From Macrostomum lignano (lineage: Eukaryota), in contig NIVC01001234.1 in NCBI GenBank assembly GCA_002269645.1, positions 1-64,000 of the forward strand: a DNA stretch of 64,000 nucleotides, given 5' to 3'. Under the pieces are notes generated by a model. The model saw nothing but the letters and a program-made list of their open reading frames with translations, was not told the DNA's origin and searched no databases. This document shows positions 39,434 through 50,146 of this stretch, in pieces; positions within the stretch are counted from its first letter, which is position 1; every line of letters starts with the position of its first letter. The position numbers and the translations under genes were made by a program.

Positions 39434-40990
39434 CTAGACATGACCGCCGCCGCGGAAGCCGCGACTTCTTTGAACCAGCGGCGACGCAACAGCTCTGCGC
39501 AGCGGCAGTGGGGGCGGGGGAGGCGACGGCGGAGGCGGCGGGAGCGGCGGCAGCAGAGACGGTAGCAGCGGCGCGTCGCTTACTCGAGGCTGCGGCTCCT
39601 GCGGCATCTGGCCAGTGCGCACGTAGCAATAGATGTCCTCCACCTCGTCCAGCAGCTCGTGGATGTTTGCCCCGGGCGGCGAGACTGGAGTCAGCGGCAT
39701 TGGCGGCGGTGACACCGGAGTGAGCGGAAGCTGCGGCAGCGGTACGGGCGGCGGTGGTGGCTGCGGGGGCGACTGCAGCTTGTCGGTGGATTCGGCCAGC
39801 CGCTCTGTGAGGTGCCGCAGGGAGCCCGCCGGGTGGCACGCGCGAAGGAACTGCTCGGAGCGTGTCCAGTGACGCTGCAGCTGTCGCCGGTGCCGCCGCA
39901 GGCTCGGTGGGCCCGCACAGAACGCGTGACCTCCATCCAGCATCTCTGGCGTCACAACCAGCAGCCGGTCGGGGTCGGACAGGCTGGCGAAGAACAGCAG
40001 GCGGCCCTGGGCGAGCCCGCTAAGCCGTAAGCCGCGCCTTCCTCCGGTTGGCAGCCAGGGCAGCGGTGGCCGGCCCGGCGGCACCGGACGAACGCTCAGT
40101 GGCAGCCGAAGGCGGTCCAGCAGGGAGCGCAGTTGCTGAACTCCAGAGATTCCGTCCGGCCCGGCCACCGGGCTGGCGCTGCAGCGGTCCGCGAGGCTCA
40201 GATAAACCGGCCGCCCGCCGCTGCGAATGTCGAGGCACTTCAGCATTGCCAGCTGGCGGCAGCCTCCCCGCTTCCTGACCGAATAGCGGCCGCTCTCCAC
40301 GCAGGTCAGCACCGTGCCAGCCCGCAGCAGGCCGCCTGGCTCAACCCACTCGGTGCCACTTCCGCCACCACCGCCGCTGCTGCTGCCGCCACCGCTCCCG
40401 CTGGCTCCGCTATCAGCATCTCCTCCGCCACCGCCGCCGCTGCAACCGAGCCAGCACTTTTGATCGCGACGGAGGAACAGCGACTTTGGCGCCGCTTTCG
40501 CCGCCTCCTTGACGCTTGTCCAGGACGGAGCGGCATCCCCGCTCTCGTTGAGCAGCTCCAGCCAGGCCTGGTGCCGGTCGGTCATGGCCAGCTGCACGCC
40601 ACCCTCCTGCTCGCGGGCCGCGCCCCGGCCCAGCTTGATCCAGGAGCCCGTCACCAGTCGGACGTCGGACACGGCTCTCAGCATGAGCGGTTCCTGGTTG
40701 CTGAGACCGCATGGGCAGCGGTCCCGCTGGCAGCGGATGCTCACAAGGAGGCCGCCGCCGACAACGCCGCTACCGCTTTGAGATTCAGAGGCCGGCTCTG
40801 CGGAAGCCGCTTCTGCCTCTGGCCCGGCCTCCAGCTCCGCTTCGAGCTCCGCCGCAGCAGCCGACGCAATTTCAATCAGCTGCGAGGCACTGTCCGCCTC
40901 TCGTTGCCAAGACATCGGAGGATGCTCAGGCACCTGCGCTTTGGAGCCCCTGGCGCCGCCGGCCACCGGAGTCCCCTTTGTCGACGGCAT
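39434..40990 (-). CDS. CABIT-domain protein, GAREM/Serrano-like, in a single large exon
   Basis: WTSVKEAAKAAPKSLFL matches recalled GAREM FNSVEEVAKAFPERVYV; LLRAGTVLTC, LKCLDIRSGGRPVYLSLADRC and QLRSLLDRLRLPLSVR match CABIT strands. Followed by Pro-rich tracts and an EDIYCYV tyrosine motif. The true start (40990 or MSWQ) and the C-terminus are uncertain. Confidence 0.75.
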   Translation of the reverse strand: MPSTKGTPVAGGARGSKAQVPEHPPMSWQREADSASQLIEIASAAAAELEAELEAGPEAEAASAEPASESQSGSGVVGGGLLVSIRCQRDRCPCGLSNQEPLMLRAVSDVRLVTGSWIKLGRGAAREQEGGVQLAMTDRHQAWLELLNESGDAAPSWTSVKEAAKAAPKSLFLRRDQKCWLGCSGGGGGGDADSGASGSGGGSSSGGGGGSGTEWVEPGGLLRAGTVLTCVESGRYSVRKRGGCRQLAMLKCLDIRSGGRPVYLSLADRCSASPVAGPDGISGVQQLRSLLDRLRLPLSVRPVPPGRPPLPWLPTGGRRGLRLSGLAQGRLLFFASLSDPDRLLVVTPEMLDGGHAFCAGPPSLRRHRRQLQRHWTRSEQFLRACHPAGSLRHLTERLAESTDKLQSPPQPPPPPVPLPQLPLTPVSPPPMPLTPVSPPGANIHELLDEVEDIYCYVRTGQMPQEPQPRVSDAPLLPSLLPPLPPPPPSPPPPPLPLRRAVASPLVQRSRGFRGGGHV

Positions 40991-42644
40991 TCAGGGCCGT
41001 CCAGCTGATTGCAGAGTTCAATCGGGCTTTGCAGTTCGATCAGCTTCAGACAGCGGCAGAGAATTGAAAGATCTGAACAGTTGCTGCGCGCAACCGCTTT
41101 TTATTTGGGACTGGGCGATAGGGGAAAGCGTTTCTGCCAGCTTGGAGGCAAGAGCCGAGGTATGGGCGGGACAAGTGGCGGGGGGCGGGTGGTAAAAAAA
41201 TTTGCCCCCCCCCATGTGTGCAGGACGGAATGAAGGCTGGGGTCGATGTGAAGCCTCCAGTTTCTGTTCGCAGGCGCCAGGGGTGATTGGAGGTCAGGGA
41301 CGCCTGCTGTCACAGGGAGGTTTTCACGGTAGAGTAAAAAAAACAGCCGCCCCTGATTGGCTGCTCAGTCCTGCTGGAACTTTTATCTCGACTTTGGTGA
41401 CTCATCGCTGGGCAGCGCAGGCAGCTGCAATGTCCTTGTGGTGTCTGCCAGACAGAAATTCGCCGGAGACATTAAAGTGGCTGCGCAAGAAGAATACGAG
41501 CGTAATAAAAACCTCGAGCGCAGGGGAAAAACGCTCGGGCGAGCGTTCGAAGCGATCAAGCATTTCCATGTGCGCTGCTGTTCTGGCCTGCCTCCCCCCC
41601 TCCCCGTGTTTAATCCGGTGCTTCTCTTGGCACGCTGGAACCCGCGGTGCGGCCTTGGGCTGGCGGGTGTGCCGGCCGGGTGGGCGGCCATGGGAGGCGG
41701 ATACAAAACTGCATGCACCAAATGGCATGGGCGTGCAAGTGCAGGAGAGGCTGCAGAGGAGAGAGGAAGGGAGGGAGGGAGGGGGCCTGTGTCCGGATCC
41801 CGGCTACAGAAGCCAAACTGTTCGATGTTGAAGCAGGCTGCTGGTGTTCTCCTAAAAACTAACCGGAGAATTTTCCCAAGCTTAACAGAGAGCGAGAGGC
41901 TCTCGGTCCAGCGGGCAAGCCAGAGAGAGACAGGGGAAGCAGAATGCCAGTCAGCTTGGACTGCTTTACCTCATTGCTTTACCCTTCTGGATACTGTAAG
42001 CAAAGTGTGCCGAAGGCAGATGAAGTTGTCGGGGACAAACTTCAAACTTTCTTGCTCTGTTTGGAGAGATAAATCAAAAATCGACAACCGCGGAGTGCTG
42101 GCGGCCCGGCAGCAGCATTTGGCATGTGGGCGTGTAATTTTTGTGACTAAAATGCTAGTAGAGTCATAATAACGGCAAAAGCGGATTTCATAGATTCGGA
42201 AGCCGCTGGTTATGATATCTAAAGACGGAATTTTCCTTCTTGTCCAACTGAACTTTTCCGCAGTCACCTCACGGCCGGCCGGAGAAGAATCGCGTCATTA
42301 TCGCCTTTTTTCGACTTTCCTCCTTTAATTGCTTCGCACTCTGGCGGGCGCCTCTGTCGTGTTTGTCTACTGTCTGGCCAACTAAACATTCTGTTCTATC
42401 TTTCCTCTGTGCAGTAGTCCGGTAGGCAGCGAGTGCCGATGTCTTTATTTACTTCGTTCATGGGTGGCCGAGAAAGGAGAGCTGGAGGCCCCTGACAAAT
42501 TAATGCAGCCTCTTCTTGGATTCTATCCCGATTCCTCATTTTTCGCTTCATTTACCCTCTCCACAGTTGCTTCTGCTGTCTCCCTTGCGTCTTGCTCTCG
42601 CGAGAAAACACCCATATTTCCACATTAGCTTTGTGGACGGCCTA

Positions 42645-43300
<656 letters not shown>

Positions 43301-43589
43301 ACTATCTAACCAAATAACTGACTACCTTATTAATTAACAAACTCAGAAAATATATTGTTATTATATATTTCGTGGCGGCTTCCTATCTATCTTAATCCCA
43401 AATCACGCTTCGATGTGCATCTTTTCTTGATTTTGACTCTCGAGTCCGTTTTTAGCATGAATAAAATAAAATTTGAAGCCTCCTACTCAAAGTAGGTGGT
43501 CTGTAGGAGAAGCTAGCTTTGCCTCCCTCCGGACCGCCGGTGAGGAAAAAACTCGTTCGATAGATGGCACCAATATATTAACAATTAAT

Positions 43590-43885
43590 TAATAATAATT
43601 CATTTCCCCTGCCCCACTTGGGCCAGATGCGCAACCGACAGCTCAGCCGCAGGTATTGCGCGGCGCATCTGAAGGCTGCGTACGGCTGTTCAGTTCAAGG
43701 ACTGGGGGGTCGCCACGCACCCTCAATTACCCCAGCTAATGCTGCCATCCATTTTATAGCTGGGTGGACTGAAGCAACACGGAGTTAAGTGTCTTGCTCA
43801 AGGACAAAAATTTTCCAGTGAAATCGCGAATCGAACCCCCGACCTTCAAGTCGTGAGACCGATGCTCTCACCACAAGGCTACAAA
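43590..43885 (-). mobile_element. tRNA-derived SINE, copy 2
   Basis: The reverse complement aligns end-to-end with 35172-35482 (head, GGTTCGATTC, TGAGCAAGACAC, 3' stem, (ATT)n tail). Confidence 0.8.
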
Positions 43886-45011
43886 CCCCTTTTATCAGTG
43901 ATTTATTGATATCTGAGTTTGAGCTCCGTCTCTCAAATCCCGGCTTCTTTGACTGCTTTGAGGTATTCGGATTTACTGGTCGATAGAATTGCCGACCGAG
44001 GGACAGCGCCAGAGATCAAAGTCGACCAAAGCTTGGCTCTTTTTTCACTGAACGTGTCTTCATTGCTGTGGGTGTCCTCTGCATGCGTTTTGGGCGTGGT
44101 CGGCCTTGCTGACAAGCCTAAAGAGCAGCAGATGCCGCAGCTCTCAGCTATCTCTCTCCTCTCTCTCTCCCTCTGTCTCTCCCCCCTCTCTCTACTACTA
44201 TCTAGTACTACCAAGTCAAGCCTCACGCCTCATATTAGCCCTGAGGAAGAAACTAAATTACTCGTATTCGAAATATCACTGACGCGTCGTTTGTCAAATG
44301 AGAGAAAACAGACACGATATATTGCGACCGCGATAGTGACAATATTGGGGCGTCGGCGTGCGCGCACAGAGAGTATAAAATAAATAACGTGCATAAAGCG
44401 AATGCGTACAGTTCTGGTATAAGATACAATTGGCTCATGAGTAAATAAATGCTTGTAAATCAATAACTCAAGAGTCTAAATTCATAGATTGACATGCCAC
44501 CTCAATCACTTTGCTTTAACATCTGCGTTATCGCATCAGTGCTTTGGGATTTGAGGACTCTTCCCTCTACCCTCTAGCTCTCTCGTTTCAAAAATGTGTG
44601 CCTACGTACGCATCCGTGTGCTCAGTGGTGAGCACCTTGTCTCCTCACTGGCTGCCGGTCGACCATCGCCTTGAATTGAGGTCGTACGCAAAGGCCTTTG
44701 AAAATGATTAGCTCCTGTGCTCAGGGTGCTGATTCACTGCATAAGAAATAAGAAATAATTGAAATAGCGTCGTTATTAAAATGACAGATGAAGTTGCACG
44801 AGGTACCCACTGGACACCAACTGAAGCGAGAATCGTGACTCGTTCTCAAGCTGCAGCAGTGCATGCGCCCCTGACCCAGTGAGCATTCCCATTGGCTACA
44901 ACGGACTGCCAATCCACTCCATCCTGCTGCTAAAAATTGCACTCAGTGCAGGGCGGATTCGCACTGATTGCCAAGTCCCATTTCAAATCTCAGACATCCG
45001 CAATTCGAGCA

Positions 45012-45785
45012 ATGGCGTCAGACGAAGAGTTGCTGATGGCCTTCAGGGCCATTGACAAGGGTAACACGGGTGTCATCAGTGCAGACGAGCTGAGAGCCTT
45101 CCTATACAAGAAGCGTTACAACGAACTGTTTGTTCAGGTGAGAAAGAAGCTTCAATTTACTTGCTACCCTTACGAGCGTACCTGTAGACATGTTGGTAAA
45201 TTTGACTTGCATGATTTGACAGAAATATTTGCGACTATTCGACCGCAACCACGACGGCAGGATCACTCTGGAGGAATATCAGAACACACTGAACGAGATA
45301 CCCAGAGCGCAGAGGCAGTAAGTGTCATGGGGTTCGTAGCTTGCTTTCGGACTATGGCCATTAAGGGGATTCTTCTGCAAAGCAACCGGGCAGAAGGTGG
45401 ACTTCTACGGATCTATTTACTGATAAAGGGCAGTGTACCTTGAAAAAACTAAACTACAAGGCTAGGATTGATATTATTCTATCTGTTCAACATTTACCGA
45501 GGCTCACAAGCCAGTTGCAACACTAAATCCCCTTTCCCTGCCACCTACGGAGCAATAGTATTCAGGTACAGCCAGTGGCGCCAACTGTTCGAGAGCATCG
45601 ACAAGGATGGCAACGGCTTCATCACTAAGAACGAGCTGCAGGCAGCCGTGCATGAGATGGGTGCCGGCTCTCTGTTTCATATGCGCGACTTCGACCGCTT
45701 CTTTGAGCAGGGCGACTCGGATCGCGACGGTCGGATGAACTATCGCGAGTTCCTGGAGTGGATGAACAAGTCGCAGACGGCCTGA
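45012..45785 (+). CDS. Calmodulin-like calcium-binding protein with four EF-hands (146 aa); exons 45012-45137, 45223-45317, 45566-45785
   Basis: Phase-consistent GT-AG introns. EF loops DKGNTGVISADE, DRNHDGRITLEE, DKDGNGFITKNE and DSDRDGRMNYRE. Confidence 0.9.
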
Positions 45786-45875
45786 CAGCGGCAGCCGAGG
45801 AGTAGCAATTCGCGCGTGATGCGACGCCCGACCACGAGCGTAGTTGATTAGAATCTGCACCTGCACAGAGTCATA

Positions 45876-46068
45876 GGGCCGTGTGCAGAAAGCTCTGTCT
45901 AGGGTAGTCCGGTCTTGAAAAGCTAGTCTGGACTTGGATTTGGTATGCAGAAACACAAAGTTAGACCAGTCTACTATAGCAGAACTAGGCTAGCTAGACC
46001 ATAGACTATAGACTGAACTACTCAAGTCCGGACTAGCTAGTCTGGACTAGGCTTTCTGCATACGGCCC
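45876..46068. mobile_element. Putative MITE with 18-bp TIR (GGGCCGT(G/A)TGCAGAAAGC)
   Basis: Inverted termini match at 17 of 18 positions; internal palindromic AGTCCGGACT motifs; TSD imperfect (ATA/ATT). Confidence 0.6.
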
Positions 46069-46195
46069 ATTGTCTTATTAGTCGTGTCTTGCTATGAATA
46101 CTCTTAAAAATGCACCCAGGACAACTAAACTAGAAGGACGAAGTACACAGACAATCGTATGACTTCGTGTGAAAAGCTTCCGCTTCACAACTCGA

Positions 46196-46355
46196 GGTGT
46201 AGCCAAAAAGTAACGAGAATTGATCGGGGGGCCTCATCCATCACGAGTTTGTGACACAGGGGGCAAACTGTGAATCAGCACTTTCATCGTGAAGTCCCAG
46301 CAAAATTTATGCTGACGATGCGGCGGGTTCGACAGCAACAGGGGGAGAAAGTTTG
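46196..46355 (+). mobile_element. Degenerate mariner relic interrupted by LTR element 1
   Basis: TIR-like CGAGGTGTAGCCAAAAAGTAACGAGAATT, then GLIHHEFVTQ/GQTVNQHFHREV (one frameshift), matching the mariner transposase motif GIVHYEFVPxGQTVNxxFY. The frame continues KV|WKI across the LTR insertion to 57423. Confidence 0.7.
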
Positions 46356-47734
46356 TGTTGTGACCCGGGTCGGCTTGGGTGCCCAGTCCCGAGTACAATA
46401 TATATTATATGTGATATAACAGGCGTTGTGACGCTCTGTCTGTACTTTTATGAATACGACGAGCAGGCGTGGCGACGCTCTGCGATAATAATTCGATCCC
46501 TCTGGTGTTGTGACACTCAGAGTTCACGCTGCGGCTCGAGGTGTGGTGACACTCTCGAGTGCTTCTATTCTCTATACCGTAGGGCGTACGCAATATATAT
46601 GGTAAACGGTACCGTACTACAGAAGCTATATGGTCTCCCGGCGTTATGACGCTCTGGCAAGAATTCGGCCTAGCAAGCTTCCCGAAAAGAAAGGACTCAA
46701 ACAGCAGGCGGCTTACCAGTGGCCAGATGACTGTTCACCGTTTATTATTCGCAGGTCTCAAGCGCAGTTTCCGACTTCTTCTTAATTCTCCAAGACTCTT
46801 CTCGATTAGGCTATTGTGTTTCTTTTATCGAAGTAGCTAATGTTGCTGTTTCTTTTATCGAAGTAGCTAATGTTGCTGTTTCTTTTATCGAAGTAGCTAA
46901 TGTTGCTGTTTCTTTTATCCAAGTAGCTAATGTTGCTGTTTCTTTTATCGAAGTAGCTAATGTTGCTGTTTCTTTTATCCAAGTAGCTAATGTTGCTGTT
47001 TCTTTTATCCAAGTAGCTAATGTTGCTGTTTCTTTTATCGAAGTAGCTAATGTTGCTGTTTCTTTTATCGAAGTAGCTAATGTTGCTGTTTCTTTTATCC
47101 AAGTAGCTAATGTTGCTGTTTCTTTTATCGAAGTAGCTAATGTTGCTGTTTCTTTTATCGAAGTAGCTAATGTTGCTGTTTCTTTTATCGAAGTAGCTAA
47201 TGTTGCTGTTTCTTTTATCCAAGTAGCTAATGTTGCTGTTTCTTTTATCGAAGTAGCTAATGTTGCTGTTTCTTTTATCGAAGTAGCTAATGTTGCTGTT
47301 TCTTTTATCGAAGTAGCTAATGTTGCTGTTTCTTTTATCGAAGTAGCTAATGTTGCTGTTTCTTTTATCAGGTCTCGCGCTTGCACTCTCGGAGCACACC
47401 AAAACACAAAAAGCACGCAGGTGGTGGGCAAGAGCCAGAGTCGCACCATAAATAGCACCCAAACCCTGGGGCAGACGGCCCCACCGGCTAAGCTCACCAA
47501 AACAAACACGCCGGCCCAGCCAATCAAAACCCCGCCTAAGGGGGGAGGGGCAGCACCCGCGCCAAAGCTGGCCCGGCCGCAGCCAACCAGCCCTGAGCAC
47601 GGGGCAGGGGCACGGCTGGGGAGGGGCACGCGCAAAGCCCGGCCGGCGGCCAAACCCTGCCACGCCCGCCAACCCCCCCAACCAGCCCCAAAGTGCAACG
47701 CGCCCTGCCAACTGACAAGGGCGCATGCACTACA
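46356..47734 (-). repeat. 3' LTR of element 1 (1379 bp; 18 copies of an internal 30-bp unit)
   Basis: Direct repeat of 56191-57418; preceded on minus by the polypurine tract AGGAGGGGAGGG (47735-47746). Confidence 0.97.
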
Positions 47735-47989
47735 CCCTCCCCTCCTAAAAAAAACAGGGCGGAGCTCGAACCACGGCGACTGGGATTTCAAATTTCAAAT
47801 AACACAGCAAAAAAAATCAAAAACAACAAAAAATTGGAAACACACTAATGCAAAGGGGAAAAAGAAAAATGGTTGCCGCAAAAGAAATATAAAAAAAAAT
47901 ACTGGTTTTCTGCACGCAAGTTCGTCAGAGCAACCACGGGGCACGGAATAGGCTTTACATCAAAGCTGGCGCCACAGAAAACCATCGCA

Positions 47990-48660
47990 GGTGGCCGGCA
48001 GGACGCGCAGGTGGCCGGGCGGGACGCGCAGGTGGCCGGCAGGAAGTGCAGATGGCCGGCAGGGCACGCAGGTGGCCGGGCGGGACGCGCAGGTGGCCGG
48101 CAGGAAGCGCAGATGGCCGGCAGGAAGTGCAGATGGCCGGCAGGGCACGCAGGTGGCCGGGCGGGACGCGCAGGTGGCCGGCAGGACGCGCAAGTGGCCG
48201 GCAGGACACGCAGGTGGCCGGCAGGAAGTGCAGATGGCCGGCAGGGCACGCAGGTGGCCGGCAGGAAGCGCAGATGGCCGGGCGGGAAGCGCAGGTTGCC
48301 GACAGGAAGCGCAGATGGCCGGGCGGGAAGCGCAGGTTGCCGACAGGACGCGCAGATGGCCGGGCAGGAAGCGCAGGTTGCCGACAGGACGCGCAGATGG
48401 CCGGCAGGGCACGCAGGTGGCCGGCAAGATGCGAAGGCGGCCGGGCGAGGCGCGCAGATGGCCGGGCGGGAAGCGCACGTGGCCGCCGCAGAAGCCGGCA
48501 GGAAGCGCACGTGGCCGCCGCAGAAGCCGGCAGGAAGCGCAGGTGGCCGCCGCAGAAGCCGGCAGGAAGCGCACGTGGCCGCCGCAGAAGCCGGCAGGAA
48601 GCGCACGTGGCCGCCGCAGAAGCCGGCAGGAAGCGCAGGTGGCCGCCGCAGAAGCCGCTG
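47990..48660. repeat. GC-rich ~20-bp tandem array (GCAGGTGGCCGGCAGGACGC variants) in the element 3' UTR
   Basis: Visible; lies between the J-domain ORF stop and the PPT. Confidence 0.93.
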
Positions 48661-48776
48661 AGCCATTCCCCCAGGAAGCTTGACCCCACTAGCATGCAAA
48701 TAAACCCATACAGTACGAGCGTAACAACATACATACAAGTAAGCAGAAAATACAGTATGAATCGGAACTGGTCACC

Positions 48777-49724
48777 CTAGCGAACCCGAAGTCCAGGGAG
48801 ACCGACGCAGCTTTTCAGGACCTCGAGCAGCCTGCCGGGCCGGCGCAAACCGAACAGCGGGATGAGCTCGTGACAGAGCTGTCGGACGAAACAATCAAAA
48901 CTCTGCCTAGACCAGTAACGGCGGCCTGCTCTCTGACGCTTTACCGGAGCGATATCTCTGCGGATGAAGAACAACGCCTGCAGCAGGACCATTGACAGTG
49001 CGCTCCTCGGTTCTCGCTGCGAGTCTCGAAACAGCCGTCTCATAGCCGTGAGCACTGACACGATTCCGTCCGACTGTCCAGCCAAAATATGCTTCATCAA
49101 ACGATGGCGGAGCTGACGCGCAGCTGCCGATAACGACAGCTTTTCATCATCCCATATTGCTCCCGACGCGCGATGTGAGACAACCTCCTTGCTTTCCGGT
49201 ACATCGATCTCCATAGCTTCTGACTCACTACTTCCGGAGGAGCCATCCGATGCCAGCAACTCGTCTTCTTCTTCTGTGTCGATGCTACACTCATCCGACT
49301 CCTCGCTCTCATCGTCGTCCGAGATTAGAATGTAGCCATCCGCTTCGTAATCGTTCCTCTGTCCCTGTCTCCCCTGCCTGAGACCAGCTTCCTTGCGCTG
49401 AGCTTCTTCAACTTCTCGCCTTTGCTGTACTCCCTCTTCGATGTCCGCCGGCATTCTTACACCAGTAGGAGGTATGAACGTCATTGCGAAGGTTACAGCC
49501 TCGTCATACGGGATTGATTTATCGCCCAACTGGTCGTACATCGCTCGGCGATATGGACACGATAGAATTCTACCAGCAGTCTCAATTTCTTGGAAACGGC
49601 GTCCTGCGAGTTCCTTGTCCGGGTGCTTGTCCGGGTGCCAGAAGAGCGCTAGCTGTCGATAGACTCGCCTGATCTCGGCACGTTCGGCTGTGTGTCCGAC
49701 TTGGAGGACAGCGTACAAATCCAT
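48777..49724 (-). CDS. J-domain (DnaJ/Hsp40-type) protein of 315 aa encoded inside the LTR retrotransposon
   Basis: MDLYAVLQV...AEIRRVYRQLALFWHPDK...RFQEIETAGRILS...RRAMYDQLG gives J-domain helices I-IV with an intact HPD (49629-49637). An acidic tract and an unassigned ~120-aa helical-looking C-terminus follow. Intronless and on the same strand as pol. Confidence 0.88.
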   Translation of the reverse strand: MDLYAVLQVGHTAERAEIRRVYRQLALFWHPDKHPDKELAGRRFQEIETAGRILSCPYRRAMYDQLGDKSIPYDEAVTFAMTFIPPTGVRMPADIEEGVQQRREVEEAQRKEAGLRQGRQGQRNDYEADGYILISDDDESEESDECSIDTEEEDELLASDGSSGSSESEAMEIDVPESKEVVSHRASGAIWDDEKLSLSAAARQLRHRLMKHILAGQSDGIVSVLTAMRRLFRDSQREPRSALSMVLLQALFFIRRDIAPVKRQRAGRRYWSRQSFDCFVRQLCHELIPLFGLRRPGRLLEVLKSCVGLPGLRVR

Positions 49725-49959
49725 CTGCAAAGCAACGTACTCAAACCTGCGACACACTGTCCCTGACTCCAGATTCTACTCCTGCTCCCCTCTTGCCAGA
49801 GCGTCATCTCCTCGGACCGTGGCCCGCGGTACCTGCATCGTAAAGTCCCAGCGCAAATTCGAGTTGTCACCGGATGCCAGTCCGAATACCCTCCACCGAT
49901 GCATAGATTTTGTAGGCAAAATTTGATTCTCGTCAAAACTTCGATGAAGATGCGATTAA

Positions 49960-50085
49960 AATGACTTAATGACGCATTAACGAATTTCTTGAATGACGCA
50001 TTGGCGAACTGCTCGTACTCATGATGAATGATGCATTGATGAAGTACTCGTATTTATGATGAATGACGCATTCGCGAAATATTTT
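49960..50085. promoter_or_regulatory. Cluster of four AATGA(C/T)GCATT near-palindromes upstream of the J-domain ORF
   Basis: Four spaced copies between the integrase stop and the J-ORF. The TGACGCA core resembles bZIP (CRE/AP-1-like) sites; function is inferred only. Confidence 0.35.
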
Positions 50086-50146
50086 TCTGGCTTTTAACGA
50101 TAATCGCATATGAAACTGATGAGACTTCACGATGACGAGTAACCCA

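Noticed and set aside
40133-42169. Plus-strand ORFs 40133-41008 and 41357-42169
   Set aside because: The first is a GC-rich antisense shadow of the CABIT exon; the second has no recognisable domain and lies where the CABIT promoter/5' UTR is expected.
43933-44226. Possible terminal exon (…EKRAKLWSTLISGAVPRSAILSTSKSEYLKAVKEAGI*) on the minus strand
   Set aside because: An acceptor is plausible, but no upstream exon or homology is recognisable.
44240-44290. Hammerhead-like CTGAGGA...TTCGAAATATC
   Set aside because: Stem II is weak and no stem I pairing could be found.
48777-49724. env gene, or a T-antigen-like LxCxE Rb-binding motif in the extra ORF
   Set aside because: There is no signal peptide, furin site or transmembrane segment, and SDECSID does not fit LxCxE.
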